From: Eledone cirrhosa
Taxonomy: Eukaryota
Assembly (NCBI GenBank): GCA_964016885.1
Contig: OZ024756.1
Location: forward strand, 24,986,001 to 25,050,000
Reading direction: 5' to 3'
Length of the DNA: 64,000 nucleotides
Shown here: piece after piece, positions 37,151-48,600 of the stretch
How the letters are laid out: every line of letters starts with the position of its first letter
Numbering within the stretch: position 1 is the stretch's first letter
Translations under genes and position numbers: made by a program
The notes under the pieces: model-generated
Database searches by the model: none
What the model saw: only the letters and a program-made list of their open reading frames with translations
What the model was told of the DNA's origin: nothing

Positions 37151-38717
37151 TACAGTAGTATTTTTACCTTAAAATGGGTAGTTTTAGTTCACAGAACAAG
37201 CTGGGTTAAGCCAGGTTGGAATCAAAGAATTTAGCAGGTCATATATATGTATGGACCTGTAATTCCTGATGAAGTCATGGGTGTGCCATTGTGACATACA
37301 GTATTTCTTGGGCATTTTAAACCTGCCAGAGCCCTTCCTCTCTCCAGGTTTCAACACAGTTTATTTCTTCCAGAGAAGGAGAAAGAGATATAGAAGAAGA
37401 ATCTACCCCAATACTAGACTGGTACTTTTTTTATCGACCTTGAAATGGTGAAAGGCAAAGTTGACTTCAGTGTGATTTGAACTCAGAGTGAATACCAAGA
37501 AGCATTCTATCCAACATTCTAATGGCTCTGCCAATTCACTGCCTCAGGTCATATATAGCAGGTGGCTAATTGGCTGAATCGGTAGGGCATCAGATTAAAT
37601 GCCTCACTGGTTTCTTCTTCACTACCCATGTGTTCTTGGGTCCCATCAGATGCAACTATCTACAATTGATTCAGCTGGATCCCCAAGCAAGGCCAACCCA
37701 ACTCATGGATGTTATCCAACCATCCATCTTGCTTATAGTCTATGTCTGGGTCTCCTGCTGGTTGGCTTTACCTGTAAAATCTATCCAGTGATTCTTTCCT
37801 TAAACATTCTAACCACGTCTGTAATATTGGGGCTGTGATCTATTGATTCAGAGAAGTAGTGACTCTACTGGGAGTGATTCCCTGATCTCTGAGCCAAAAG
37901 ACCCTTTGGAGGAACCCCATTTCAGCTACCTGTATTCGCAATCATATTCTTTTGTCCTTACCCAAGATGCATGACCACAGGAAAGGGTTAGCACAAACAC
38001 CGAATTGAAGATAACGAGTTTGGCTTATGATTTTCTAGGTTATGAAAATGACCAAGAAATTGGAAGGGTTTAGTAATATAACTAACTTTCTCATTATTAA
38101 GTTGGTATTTGGAATATAACTTAACAAAGGTTCTGACATAAAACTTTGATTGAAGGTTTTTAGATAAATATAAACATCTTATCCATCTTGCCAACAACAA
38201 CCCTGAGTACCTTTTTGATTTCCATGTGTCTAACACATGTGGGCATGCCGACAAAGTCAGAAAACAGCACAGTTCCCATGACTTTCGGAAACATTTTTTC
38301 ACGCTCAGAGTTGCTGAAGCATGGAACAAACTACCTGCATCAGTTGTTAGCTGGCGATACTCTGCATCCTTTAAAACCTCCATGCTTCCTGAGATTCGCC
38401 AACACTACACCTAATATTCCCCCTCCATACACATACACACATGTATATCATGACTCATACACTATTCACTTCCCTGACATTTGTATATTATTCTATGTAC
38501 TATACATGCACCTTTGACGAGTTGTAGTGCACCTGAGCACTTTACACAATAATTTCATTATTTATTTATTTTATAATAAATAGCTTTATATTGTAAAACC
38601 TGGTAGTTCGGTAAGAAAAAGGTTAAATAAGAGTTTTTTAATTTTTGTTTTTTCAGAAAAGATGGCTATTCTTCTGTATCTGAGGCTGTTGGAGCTGACC
38701 ACCATAGCAACAAGTAA
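20699..38717 (+). CDS. DHODH: Dihydroorotate dehydrogenase (quinone), mitochondrial class 2; 9 coding exons, 394 aa
   Basis: join(20699-20716,22444-22653,23324-23523,25732-25805,29722-29909,31040-31159,32171-32324,36944-37103,38657-38717)=1185 nt open frame. Motifs [97 protein letters not shown]. Confidence 0.97.
22444..22653 (+). CDS. DHODH: DHODH exon 2 ([13 protein letters not shown]...PETAHRL...DPAIL)
   Basis: poly-T CAG acceptor, GTCAGT donor. Confidence 0.93.
23324..23523 (+). CDS. DHODH: DHODH exon 3 ([21 protein letters not shown]...AVIN)
   Basis: CAG acceptor, GTATGT donor, 200 nt. Confidence 0.96.
24885..25727 (+). mobile_element. Head-to-tail cluster of four Nin-like SINEs ending at the DHODH exon 4 acceptor
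   Basis: four B-box/Nin-domain units, each ending in (ATT)n. Confidence 0.85.
25732..25805 (+). CDS. DHODH: DHODH exon 4 ([15 protein letters not shown]...)
   Basis: CAG acceptor, GTGAG donor. Confidence 0.93.
25900..26292. repeat. 36-bp hairpin-forming minisatellite, about 10 units
   Basis: unit AGCCTATAGTTGRCCA-NTG-TGGTCARCTAGGCCAAC. Confidence 0.85.
26392..26589 (-). mobile_element. piggyBac-type MITE (TTAA-flanked)
   Basis: family termini; nested in a second TTAA-CCCTTT element starting ~26329. Confidence 0.75.
27478..28435 (+). mobile_element. Degenerate RTE LINE ORF (RT domains YADDL to C-terminus)
   Basis: [31 protein letters not shown]; stops and frameshifts. Confidence 0.88.
28582..29140 (+). 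repeat. 48-bp minisatellite (~12 units) expanded from a SINE internal module
   Basis: unit ACAAAAAGTGCYCAGCYCACACTGTAAAGTGGACGTGTTGGCGACATG; continues into the SINE GGGCATCC box and tail (to ~29300). Confidence 0.9.
29722..29909 (+). CDS. DHODH: DHODH exon 5 ([12 protein letters not shown]...[11 protein letters not shown]...LIDR)
   Basis: CAG acceptor, GTATGT donor, catalytic Ser loop. Confidence 0.96.
31040..31159 (+). CDS. DHODH: DHODH exon 6 (VLVERD...LVKIAPDL...)
   Basis: CAG acceptor, GTAAGT donor. Confidence 0.94.
32171..32324 (+). CDS. DHODH: DHODH exon 7 ([12 protein letters not shown]...GGLSG...ALTQ)
   Basis: CAG acceptor, GTAATT donor. Confidence 0.95.
33235..33400 (-). mobile_element. 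Degenerate Penelope-like 3' fragment with CTGAAGA...GAAAC motif
   Basis: minus strand CTGAAGA-AAAAATTATGTCCGATAAGTT-GAAAC, preceded by FFFKFQ-like coding remnant; next to (TA)n. Confidence 0.4.
33930..35480. repeat. Diverged direct duplication of a ~540-bp unit in DHODH intron 7
   Basis: 33930-34470 aligns by eye with 34935-35480. Confidence 0.8.
35993..36390 (-). mobile_element. mariner transposon remnant (TIR plus transposase C-terminus)
   Basis: TA-TTGGGTTGGCCAAAAA TIR; minus strand [27 protein letters not shown] resembles mariner YSPDLAPSDYHLF. Confidence 0.8.
36710..36911 (+). mobile_element. piggyBac-type MITE about 30 nt upstream of the DHODH exon 8 acceptor
   Basis: TTAA-CCCTTTAGCATTTA...TTAA. 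Confidence 0.8.
36944..37103 (+). CDS. DHODH: DHODH exon 8 ([13 protein letters not shown]...ELAELL), ends at a GC donor
   Basis: TAG acceptor; only CA|GCAAGT gives the phase required by exon 9. Confidence 0.9.
38190..38570 (+). mobile_element. CR1/L2-type LINE 3' end
   Basis: TCGHADK...[21 protein letters not shown] resembles TRGH...FFS.RV...WN.LP. Confidence 0.8.
38657..38717 (+). CDS. DHODH: DHODH exon 9 ([19 protein letters not shown])
   Basis: CAG acceptor, conserved C-terminal A(I/V)GADH, TAA. Confidence 0.92.
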
Positions 38718-38755
38718 ACTTTTAAGACAGAAAAGACACTTATGTTTGTAGTAAA

Positions 38756-38791
<36 letters not shown>

Positions 38792-39062
38792 TGGTATTAA
38801 CCTGTCTGTAGTAGGACCAATAACACTGTTAGAACTCCATGTAGCACAGATATGAATGTCTCAACAAAATATGGTGCAAAAGGTTTTCGTTTTTATGGAA
38901 GAATAGCATCATATTTGTGTATGTGGTCATTTACCTGTGTGTTTATATACATATATATATATTAGCATATACAAATTTTTTGTGTATATACATTATTTTT
39001 GATTTGGTGTGTATATTTATATTGTGTGTATGTATATTTAAAAAAATGTGTGTATGTGTGTG

Positions 39063-39097
<35 letters not shown>

Positions 39098-39604
39098 ATA
39101 TGTACATGTTTATGCTTATATATATATTATGTAATTGTGTATATGTGTGTGTATATATGTATTTATGTTAATGTGTATACATGTTTTTTGTGTCTATGTA
39201 TATGGGTGTGTATATATGTGTATGTATGTATATGTGTATTGTCTATATATACCTATATATATGTGTCTATATATATATGTATGTGTATATGTATGTATAG
39301 TTTTTATGTATGTATATATATTTCTATATTTTCTATTTGTATATACACGGGTATTTGTTGTATCTGTGCATCTCAAAGTCAAGTGACTCTGTCTTACTTA
39401 TACAGAACTGATTTTGGCTTGATTTCTACAGCTGGATGCCCTTCTTAACACCAACGTAATTTACAGTGAGTACTGGGTGCTTTTTTACCATGGCACCTAC
39501 ACAACAACTTCACAGTGGGAGCGGGGTAGGCACATACTGTCTATATGCTTCAAGGCATATAGAGAATTTCAAAGATAGTCACTGTCTAAATGATTGATTG
39601 ATTA

Positions 39605-40150
39605 GGATGAGTTTGAATATGTAAAGTTGGAGAAAGAGGGGAGGGGAATGTATAATGTGGTTTATTTCGAGGATAGCCAAAATATTCGTTGAGAAAAATA
39701 AGTGAATAATAATGTATACAGAACATTTTCAAAGTGTGGAAGAAAAATACCTCTAGAAATGAAATAACCTATGGATTGTTGGGGTAAGTTGGAATTCTTT
39801 ACAAATCCATAGGGGAAGGTCAAAAGCTGTCTATATTTGTATGTAACACCAAAATGAATGGGTGAACGAAAGGGGTAGAATGGCGTGGGTTTGGGATGAG
39901 TTCGAATATGTAGAGTTGGAGAGAGAGAGGGTGGGAGAATGTATAGCGTGGTTTATTTCAAAAATAGGCAAAATATACGTTGGGAAAAATCATTGAATAA
40001 TAATGTATACAGGACATTTTCAAAGTGTGGAAGAAAAATACGTGTAGACATGAAATAACCTATGGATGGTTGGGGTAAGCTGGAATCCTTTACAAATCCA
40101 TAGAGGAAGGTGAAAAGCCATCTCTATTCATATGTAACACCGAAATGAAT
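39605..40150. repeat. ~290-bp-period direct duplication downstream of DHODH
   Basis: 39605-39860 is similar to 39894-40150. Confidence 0.8.
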
Positions 40151-40737
40151 GATATATATATGTGTGTATATAATGTATGAGCATATATATGTATATCATC
40201 ATCATCAACATTGTTTAACATATATCTTCCATACTTGTATGGGTTAGATGGGTTGTCAGCTGGGGACATAATAAAAGGCACCCAGTCCACCCTGTAGGTG
40301 GTCGTGTTGGTAAGCATGATGAAAAAGCACCACCCAGTCCACCCTGACAGGTGGTCATTTTGGTTCCATGATAAGAAACATACATACTGTAATATGGTTG
40401 GCATTAAGAAGGGCATCCAGCCATAGAAACCAAGCTACCAAAAAAAGACTTATATGAGCAAGACAAGGTCACCTGACCTGTCTAACCTCATAAAGTGAGA
40501 GATAACCTGTTTAACCTTTGTAGAGTTGACTTTTTTTTAATTCTCTCACATCTCAACAGTGGATGAAAGCAAATACCAGCAATATACTACAGGACTCTTT
40601 AACTATGCCTCCTGCCTCTCTTGAGACCAAGCAATAACTTGTTAATTGACGATTTATTAAAAGACTAATTGTACAGAAAATATTTCTTGCGACAGTAAAT
40701 TATTTGAAATATAAAACATATTGAAGTTGTGTGTTTT

Positions 40738-40791
40738 TTCTTCTTCTTCTTCTTCTTCTTCTTCTTCTTCTTCTTCTTCTTCTTCTTCTTC

Positions 40792-40827
<36 letters not shown>

Positions 40828-40930
40828 TTGTTGTTGTTGTTGTGGTGGTGGTGGTGGTGGTGGTGGTGGTGGTGGTGGTGGTGGTGGCTGTTGTGGTGGC
40901 TGTTGTGGTGGTGGTGGTGGTGGTGGAGGC
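40738..40930. repeat. Compound microsatellite (TCT)n(GCT)n(GTT)n(GGT)n
   Basis: direct inspection. Confidence 0.95.
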
Positions 40931-40979
40931 ATATGTTGTTGTTTCATGCTGTTGTTACACCATGAATGAGAATAGTTGA

Positions 40980-41201
40980 CCCTTTAGCATTTAAACCAAC
41001 CATATCCGGCCAGAATTCTCTCACCTTTTTTCTGTTCAAACCAGCCATAACTGACCACTCATATTGATGTTAAGGTATTGTTCTCAAAATACATAACATC
41101 AAAATCTCATAGCTTTGATACTATGTGTGATAATTATGTGAGATAAAGCCTTTATGATGAAAATACAATAATATATATAGAGTAATGTAAATGCTAAAGG
41201 G
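40980..41201 (+). mobile_element. Full-length ~220-bp piggyBac-type MITE
   Basis: TIRs CCCTTTAGCATTTA/TAAATGCTAAAGGG; flanks TTGA and TTAA. Confidence 0.82.
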
Positions 41202-41749
41202 TTAAGAAATTCACTCTACAATCACAAGGTTTGATTCCACTAAGTGGAAATGTGTGTGTGTCATTTATCATAGCCTCAGCTGAACCCAAGCTTTGTGAGT
41301 GATATTGGGTAGAGAAACACTGTTTGGAGGGCATCAAAATGTCAAAGTCATTAGAATGTCAGATAGAATGCTTTGCAGTATTTGTTCTGGCTTTCTACAC
41401 TCTGAGTTCAAATTATTCTCAGTTCAACTTTGCATTTCATCATTTTGAGGTCTTCTTCTTGTCGTCGTCTCCTCCTTTTCCTCTTCCTCCACCGATTTAT
41501 TCTTGGTGCGCCCCTATGGCTCCATCAGGTATAGAAGGCCCTTCAACAGCTACTTGGTTTTCAGAACAAACCAGGTCTATATTTCTATCACAACTACTAT
41601 TTGTGTTGAAACAAGATCCATGAAAGCTAACTGGTGATCTAATCTGTACTAGTTATCTCTGGGTTTAATCTAAGTTTGTAATTATGCAAAGAGACAATTT
41701 TTATTCATTTATTTACTTTCATTGGTACTCTTATAGTTATATGATATAA

Positions 41750-41783
<34 letters not shown>

Positions 41784-42109
41784 TCATCATCTTCGTTTAA
41801 CGTCCATTTTCCACGCTAGCATGGGTTAGACCATATATACAATGATTTTAAATAAATGGAAACTATATTTATAAAACCATATTTATTTTATTATATATAT
41901 TTCAAGGGTACCAAAAAACTGGTACGCTTTTTTCAGATAAAATACAATGTTTGTTTTATAAATAGAGACATACCCAGGAAAATCATACCTTATCAGTTGG
42001 ATATTCTCTGGATAAGCTGTTGAGTGCTCTAAATCAGTTATAAACATTTATATTTATATTTGTCGGATTTCCAACAAATTAAATACCCCTTCTACTTATA
42101 TATATATAT

Positions 42110-42290
42110 ATATTTTAATATAGAAATAGCTTCTACAGGACTAGAACTGTTTCATTTGAAGGAAATCATCAGGAAAGCCCTTCTAATGAAACAGTTCTAG
42201 TCCTATAGAAGCCATTTCTATATTAAAAATTTATACTCTATGTATTGAGTACCTTACTTACTGTGGTTACCCCCGATTAAACACGGCGCA
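42110..42290. mobile_element. Penelope-like pLTR fragment with inverted repeat and hammerhead-like motif on - strand (42129-42178)
   Basis: GCTTTC-CTGATGA-TTTCCTTCAAAT-GAAACAG-TTCTAGTC-CTGTA-GAAGC; same family as 2940-3124. Confidence 0.55.
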
Positions 42291-42554
42291 CGCACACACA
42301 TATATATATATATACATACACAATAGTTAAAAATACAAGTAAAGTTTTGTTTTACCTCCCTCAACCAGACTATATATAAGTGTGTATATAACATGTCTGT
42401 GTATGTATGTTTAATGGAGGCCACTTATAATGGCTATATCTGTGTGTATATTTGTATAATGTAAACCATTTATAATTCATGTGTGATTTAACATACACCA
42501 TATATATCTGTCTATATACATCCTGTTGTGATAACACTCAGTTCTGTTTCTTCT

Positions 42555-42607
42555 CTATGCTGCAACTCTCAGGTTAAATAATCTCTGTAGTAAAATAGTT
42601 GACTTGT
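42555..42607 (-). CDS. SLC7 terminal coding exon ([17 protein letters not shown])
   Basis: CAG acceptor; T..LQ.L C-terminal helix typical of LAT light chains; TAG stop. Confidence 0.82.
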
Positions 42608-45600
42608 CTGGAATATAGAAATATATATGGGACACCATTTAAGACATAATATATATGGGACAACATTTATGATATAATATATAGGGGAACAGTAATTAGT
42701 TGTACCATATATTGACTGGGCTACATTTAAAACAATATATATGGAACAACATTATGACATAATATATAGGGATAACATTTATGATATAATGCAGCAATTA
42801 GCTGTGCCATCTATTGATTGGGGCAACAATAAGACAGTCTGTAGGGGAAACAGCAGTTAGCTCTGGTATTGTTTGACTGGGGCAACATTTAAACTGGCCA
42901 TATCTGACCAGAGTTCTCTCACCTCATTCTGTTCAAACCAGCCACATATACCAATGTTAAGGTATTGTTCACAAACTCTCATAGATTCGATATTATGTGA
43001 GGTAAAGCTTTTACTGCGAAAATACAATAGTAAATATAGACTAATGTAAATGCTAAAGGGTTAAGACATAATATGTAGGGAAACATCAATTAGGGAGGAC
43101 ACCCAGCCATAGAAACAAAACCAAAACTGGATTGAATGAGCAGGACATAATTGCTTGACCAGTCAAGCCTCAGTATGTACCAGCCCATGCAAACATAGAA
43201 AATAGATGTTAAACAGTGGTGGTGGTGGTTGTGATGATGATAGTGTTGGTTATTTTCAAAATTATTAGAAAATCATTATCAGTGTGTTCCATTAGAAATA
43301 TGATAATGAAAGGGTGAAGGTTTCCTTACCAACAAATTCTAGGAAATCCTTTGGTTTCTTCTTCCAGGAGATTGTGATCCAATAAACTGGTATTGCCAGC
43401 AATAGAATAAATATTGACAGTGCTACAGTGTTTAGACTGGAATAGATCACAGCTATCATGATGAAAATATTGAAGATCAGTTGAAGCACAGGAATGGAAA
43501 TATTCACCTGAAGAGAAAAGTGTAGATTATATATAAATGTGTGCGTATGTATATATATATATATGTATATATATGCATGGAGGCACATGGCTTAGTGGTT
43601 AGAGCATTGGCCTTGCAATCGAAAGGTTGTGAGTTCAATTCTCAGACCGGGTGATGTGTTGTTTCCTTGAGCAAGACACTTTATTTCACGTTGCTCCAGT
43701 TTACTCAGCTGTAGAAATGAGATGATAGGGACTGGGGTCCATATCATTCCACTGTAAAGTGGTCGTGGAGGTGCCACGTCAAAAAAAAACACCCAGCACT
43801 CACTGTAAAATGAGGTTGGTGTTAGGAAGGGCATCCAGCTGTAGAAATCAAGCCAGTATCAGTTCCCGTCCCACCCTTGCAAGCAGGGAAAAGTGGACAT
43901 AAAATGAAATGATGATATATATATTTATAAGTCTTCTCTCCTGCACACCACTTCGAATTCCTCTTAAACCCAGCTTCTCCTACTCAACCGAACTCTGCCT
44001 CTCTCTCACACTTACATTGCAAATCCAACGGAGCATGGGTGTTTCAATTCTCTCCAGTCTACGCACATCCTCCGCAGTCACAGCCCATGTTTCACTGCCA
44101 TGCAGCATCACACACTCAAGCATCATACTCATCCTTTTTTATGTAGGAAGAAACCTTTTGTAGTCAACAATAGGAGTAGCTCTCTGAACTTTTTCCCTCC
44201 TATTCTTATTCTGGCTATTATGCTCTCAGAACACCTTCCTCCATTGCTAATTACGTTGTAACTATATATATATGGTAGTGGTGGTGCCATGAGAAAACAA
44301 ACCCACTGCAAACTGTGTTGTGATTGGTGCTAGGAAAGGCATCCAGCCATAGAAGCCCTGCCAAAATGGAATGTATGTGCAAGACAATCGTCTGATGGCC
44401 TGTCTAATCCCAGAACGTGACAACCCGTTTAACCCATGCAAGTGTGAAAAATAGTTGTAAAGCAGGCATGATGATAATGGGTGAATATTCAAGAAGATAA
44501 AGTCAAGACATTTTATTTATCTTACATGTATTTTTACAAGAATGAGATGAAAAAATACAAATGATGTAAAACTTTAAATTCCTTTATTCTTATATATTGA
44601 TGTGTCTATTATCTGAACATTGATTCAGGGAATTTGGTATCAAACATTAGATTCCACTCAATACTGTGTCATCAGAGATTTCATAAAATAGATACATAAG
44701 TAATTCTTTTTGACATTGGCACAAAATCAGCAATTTGTGGGAGGGGAATCAGTAAAAACTCATCCTTGTATTGCAACAATTTCATGATACCTGAAATATA
44801 CCATACAGCATATTTCTGTCCAATTACTGAAGCCAGTCTTCAGTAATTGGACAGAAATATGCTGAAGCATTGCCTTGAAGAGTTTGAACTTACCATATTC
44901 ATCCAGTTAATTATATTTTTCAAGTCTTATTTTAAGTACTTATTTTATCGATCTCTATTTGTTGAAACATTAAGTTACAGGACAAAAAATCCCAGCAACA
45001 TAATACAGATATGGTCAACCCAAAGCTACTGTAAAGGGACTTACCCTAGGAGGCATCCAATAGGACAGAAACTCACACATTATAACTTTGAAGCAAACTT
45101 TTTAACCATACTGCTACCAGATAGAAAAATGCGTACAGCAAAAAAAAGTAATATTGTTGGAATATAAAACTTTAAAAATACAGGACAAGAAACTAAAATA
45201 AAACTTTAAAAGAATAGGACAAGAAACTAAGATAAAACTTTAAAGAATTGGACAAGAAATAAAAAATTTTACAATAATATTAGGGGCAACATTTTTATTT
45301 GTAAAAAATCGAGTTCCACATTCATAGGCTCTGGGTTCCACATTCAGAGGTCGTCGTCAGACCGGGGGGATCATTTGATCCTGGTTTGAACACCAATTGG
45401 GCCATAGCCATACCCCTATTTCATCATTCGGCGACACGCCTCATGTGTCATGCATAATGTGAATGGACCCATGGGCCCATGAACACAGATCTTGAGCAGC
45501 AGCGGATGGTCTTGTCGTCCCGCTCATCCTTGATCTTGACCATTATAACTTTGAAGCAAACTTTTTAACCATACTGCTATACTTGTTCCTCTTCTTATAT

Positions 45601-48600
45601 CTTAACAATATTGATACACTGAATGTTTATTACTTATTCTGGAGTAAGGACAATGATGAGGAAAAGAAAGTCAACTTATTTTTACCTTATATGGTCGCAT
45701 TACATTAGGTTTTTTCCACCTGTAATATAAGTGACACAGATTGATGTTGATTGCCGTGTAAACAGTGAAAGTGCCAAGGATTTCCATGAAACGTTGGCTT
45801 TCTCCAGTGAACAACATGATAAATGCCCAAATACACTGAAATAAAACATTTTTGGGAAATGAAAGATAATATTTACAAAACAAGATGTTAGATAATCACC
45901 TCATTACTGACAAATAATCCCTCTTCATAACCAGGTTTTTCTTTAATTCTTTTGCTATCATATTTCTAATAAAAGACACTGCCCATGACTTTTAATTTTT
46001 TTAATAATCAAGAATTTGGAGGAATAACTTTCTCATTAATAAGTTGGTGTTTGAAACATAAAGATTCTTACATTAAATTATGAGAGAAGGTTTTTAACCT
46101 TATCATTACCATATTTTTCCTGAAAAACACTGCCTATAATTTTGAACTAATTTTGAAAATAATCAAGAACTTGGATGGATTTAAATATATACCTAACTTT
46201 GTCATTATTAAGTTGATGTTTCGAACATAATTTAGTAAAGATGATTTTTTTCATAAAATTATGGTGCAACGTTTTTAGATAAATACAAATATTTAAATAT
46301 AAACAGCTTTGCATCATAGAACCTAGGGTCATTTCAAGTGGTTTGGAATTGAAAGGGTTAATTGATTTCAATGTTGGTGGGGGTGAGTTGTTTGGTCCTA
46401 GGTCAACACTGAGAAATAAATCAAAGACATTCCAGCTGCCACCATCCTGTCTTTTTCCTTCTAAACATACTGTATGTATGATAACAAGATCTAGTGTTAT
46501 GTACTTTTTATTAAAGTTGGTACAGTGTAATTTGTGAAAGATTTAGCTATTATTTTGGGCAGACCAAGCAAACACACTCTTTTGGGTTGTTCCTTTCACT
46601 GTAGATATGTCTTTTTCTTCTTTTTTTTTGGGGGGGGGGGTATTTTATGGTAAAACACAGATATAAAGATATTGGAAAGTGAGAGGTAATAATTATCCCG
46701 GTTCATAAGTTGTTTTGTAAAAACAAAATAATTTGTATTACTTACTAAAGTAAAATTTGCTAACCAAGGCGTCTTGAATCGTTTATGTAACATTCTCATG
46801 ATTGTGGGGCAGTGACCAACTTTGGCAGCAGCAAACAACAATCTGTTGGATGATTTAATATTTAGACATTTTATTGGTCATTATTAAGTCATAGCGTTGG
46901 TCAAGATTTAGACAGAATGATCTCACTCATAAACACAATGTTGATAAAAATTTTGACAGTTTTGGACAAGATTTAGACAGGATAGTTGTTGATAGTTAGT
47001 TGAGCTGAGAATGACTAAGTATGAAATACTTTTGATGAGCCAGGATTGTGGCAGTTAGACCAGAATAGCTGTTAAGTAGTTGAGCTTACTATGATTAGGT
47101 ATGAATTACTTACCTTGGTTGAGCCAAGATTGCAGCAGTTAGGGCTCCAATTGAAGAAATGGCAACAAAGATAGAGATTAGTGGGGCTAAAGGTCCATAA
47201 ATATGGTGAATGAAGTCCTGCAAATAATGTAGACATTTAGTTATGTTTGTATATATATATAAATAAAGAGTTGGTAGGACTTTTCAGGTGTGTCAAAGAC
47301 ATGACAAACTTGTTGGTGATCTACATGATAAACACACTCTATACACATTAAAGTCATTGTTGATAGGAGAAATATCCAGCCATAACAAGCTTATCAAATA
47401 AAGGGTCAGGAGGTATTTTCAACTGTGTCAAAGATATAACCTCCCTAGTTCTGGTGCCACAATAAAATGCACTCATTCTAATTCTAGAACATGTACTGCT
47501 AATGTTTGAAGGTGGTGAATTTGCAGAGCGTCAGATTAAAAAGCAATGCACATATCAAAGGTAAAAACTGTGCTCCATAATGCAGTAACAACAAGCAGTA
47601 TAAATTATTGTTTCTACTTTTGGCACAAGGCCAGCAATTACCCCAGTGCATTACTGGTACTTTATTTTATCGACCCCATAAGGATGAAAGGCAAAGTTAA
47701 CTTTGACTTGATTTGAACTCAGACAGTAAAGGGACGTAACTATGCTAGAAAGCATGGCGTCCGACCCTCTAATGGTTTCTAATTTAGGTGCAAGGCCAGT
47801 AATTTATGGGGAGGGGAAAGCTAATTATATGGACCCCAGTACTTGACTGGTACATGATAAAGTAATGATAGTAATGTTAGGTAAACTCACCAGTGCCACT
47901 GAAGAAGAGCTGATCATCTGGTGAGGAGTGAGTGTAGTATAGTAAGCAACATTGATCAGTATATAGGTAGTGATTAGGATAAAGAATGTTAGTATGATGG
48001 CTCTTGGAAGGTCTCTGGAATGAAACATAGATTGGAATGAGGAATTTACTGAAGACAGAGTGGTAACTCTGAGATATTCCTTAGTCCATACACACACACA
48101 TTGATGGATTTGAGAAAAAGTACTCAGTACCAAAGTAGAGTTTAAATATTCATTTAATGGCTAAGTGGTGAGTTTTGTTACTCTGGAGTTAACAAGGCTC
48201 ACCTTTATACTCATAGATTTCTCTTCTAACTGGAGCAGTTTTAACCCATTGTTGAATTAATAGTCAATCATCTGTGAAGTCACTGGTGTATGTCACCAAT
48301 GTCATCTAATTAAATTGATGGTCCCCATATGAACTACTGCTTACTATGAGAGAAGCAGGATTTTATCAAGACTTACGCCTCTAGTTTTGGCCTGTTCTGC
48401 AAGACTATCTTATGATAGTCATATCAGAGGCACCTCGTGTAGGATGTGGCTTTTCACCACGCACATTGGTCTTAAAACTGAGAGAGGCTAGGTGCTCATC
48501 TTGAATGAGCATATATTGGGTGTCATCAGTTCACTGAGTGCCATGTTGAATAGACATTAGGACACACAGGGATGTCACCAAAGAACACCTAATGCCAACA

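Noticed and set aside
43292-43329. SLC7 ending by read-through to stop 43292 ([12 protein letters not shown])
   Set aside because: A strong GTAAGG donor and a downstream exon encoding the conserved T..LQ.L helix fit better.
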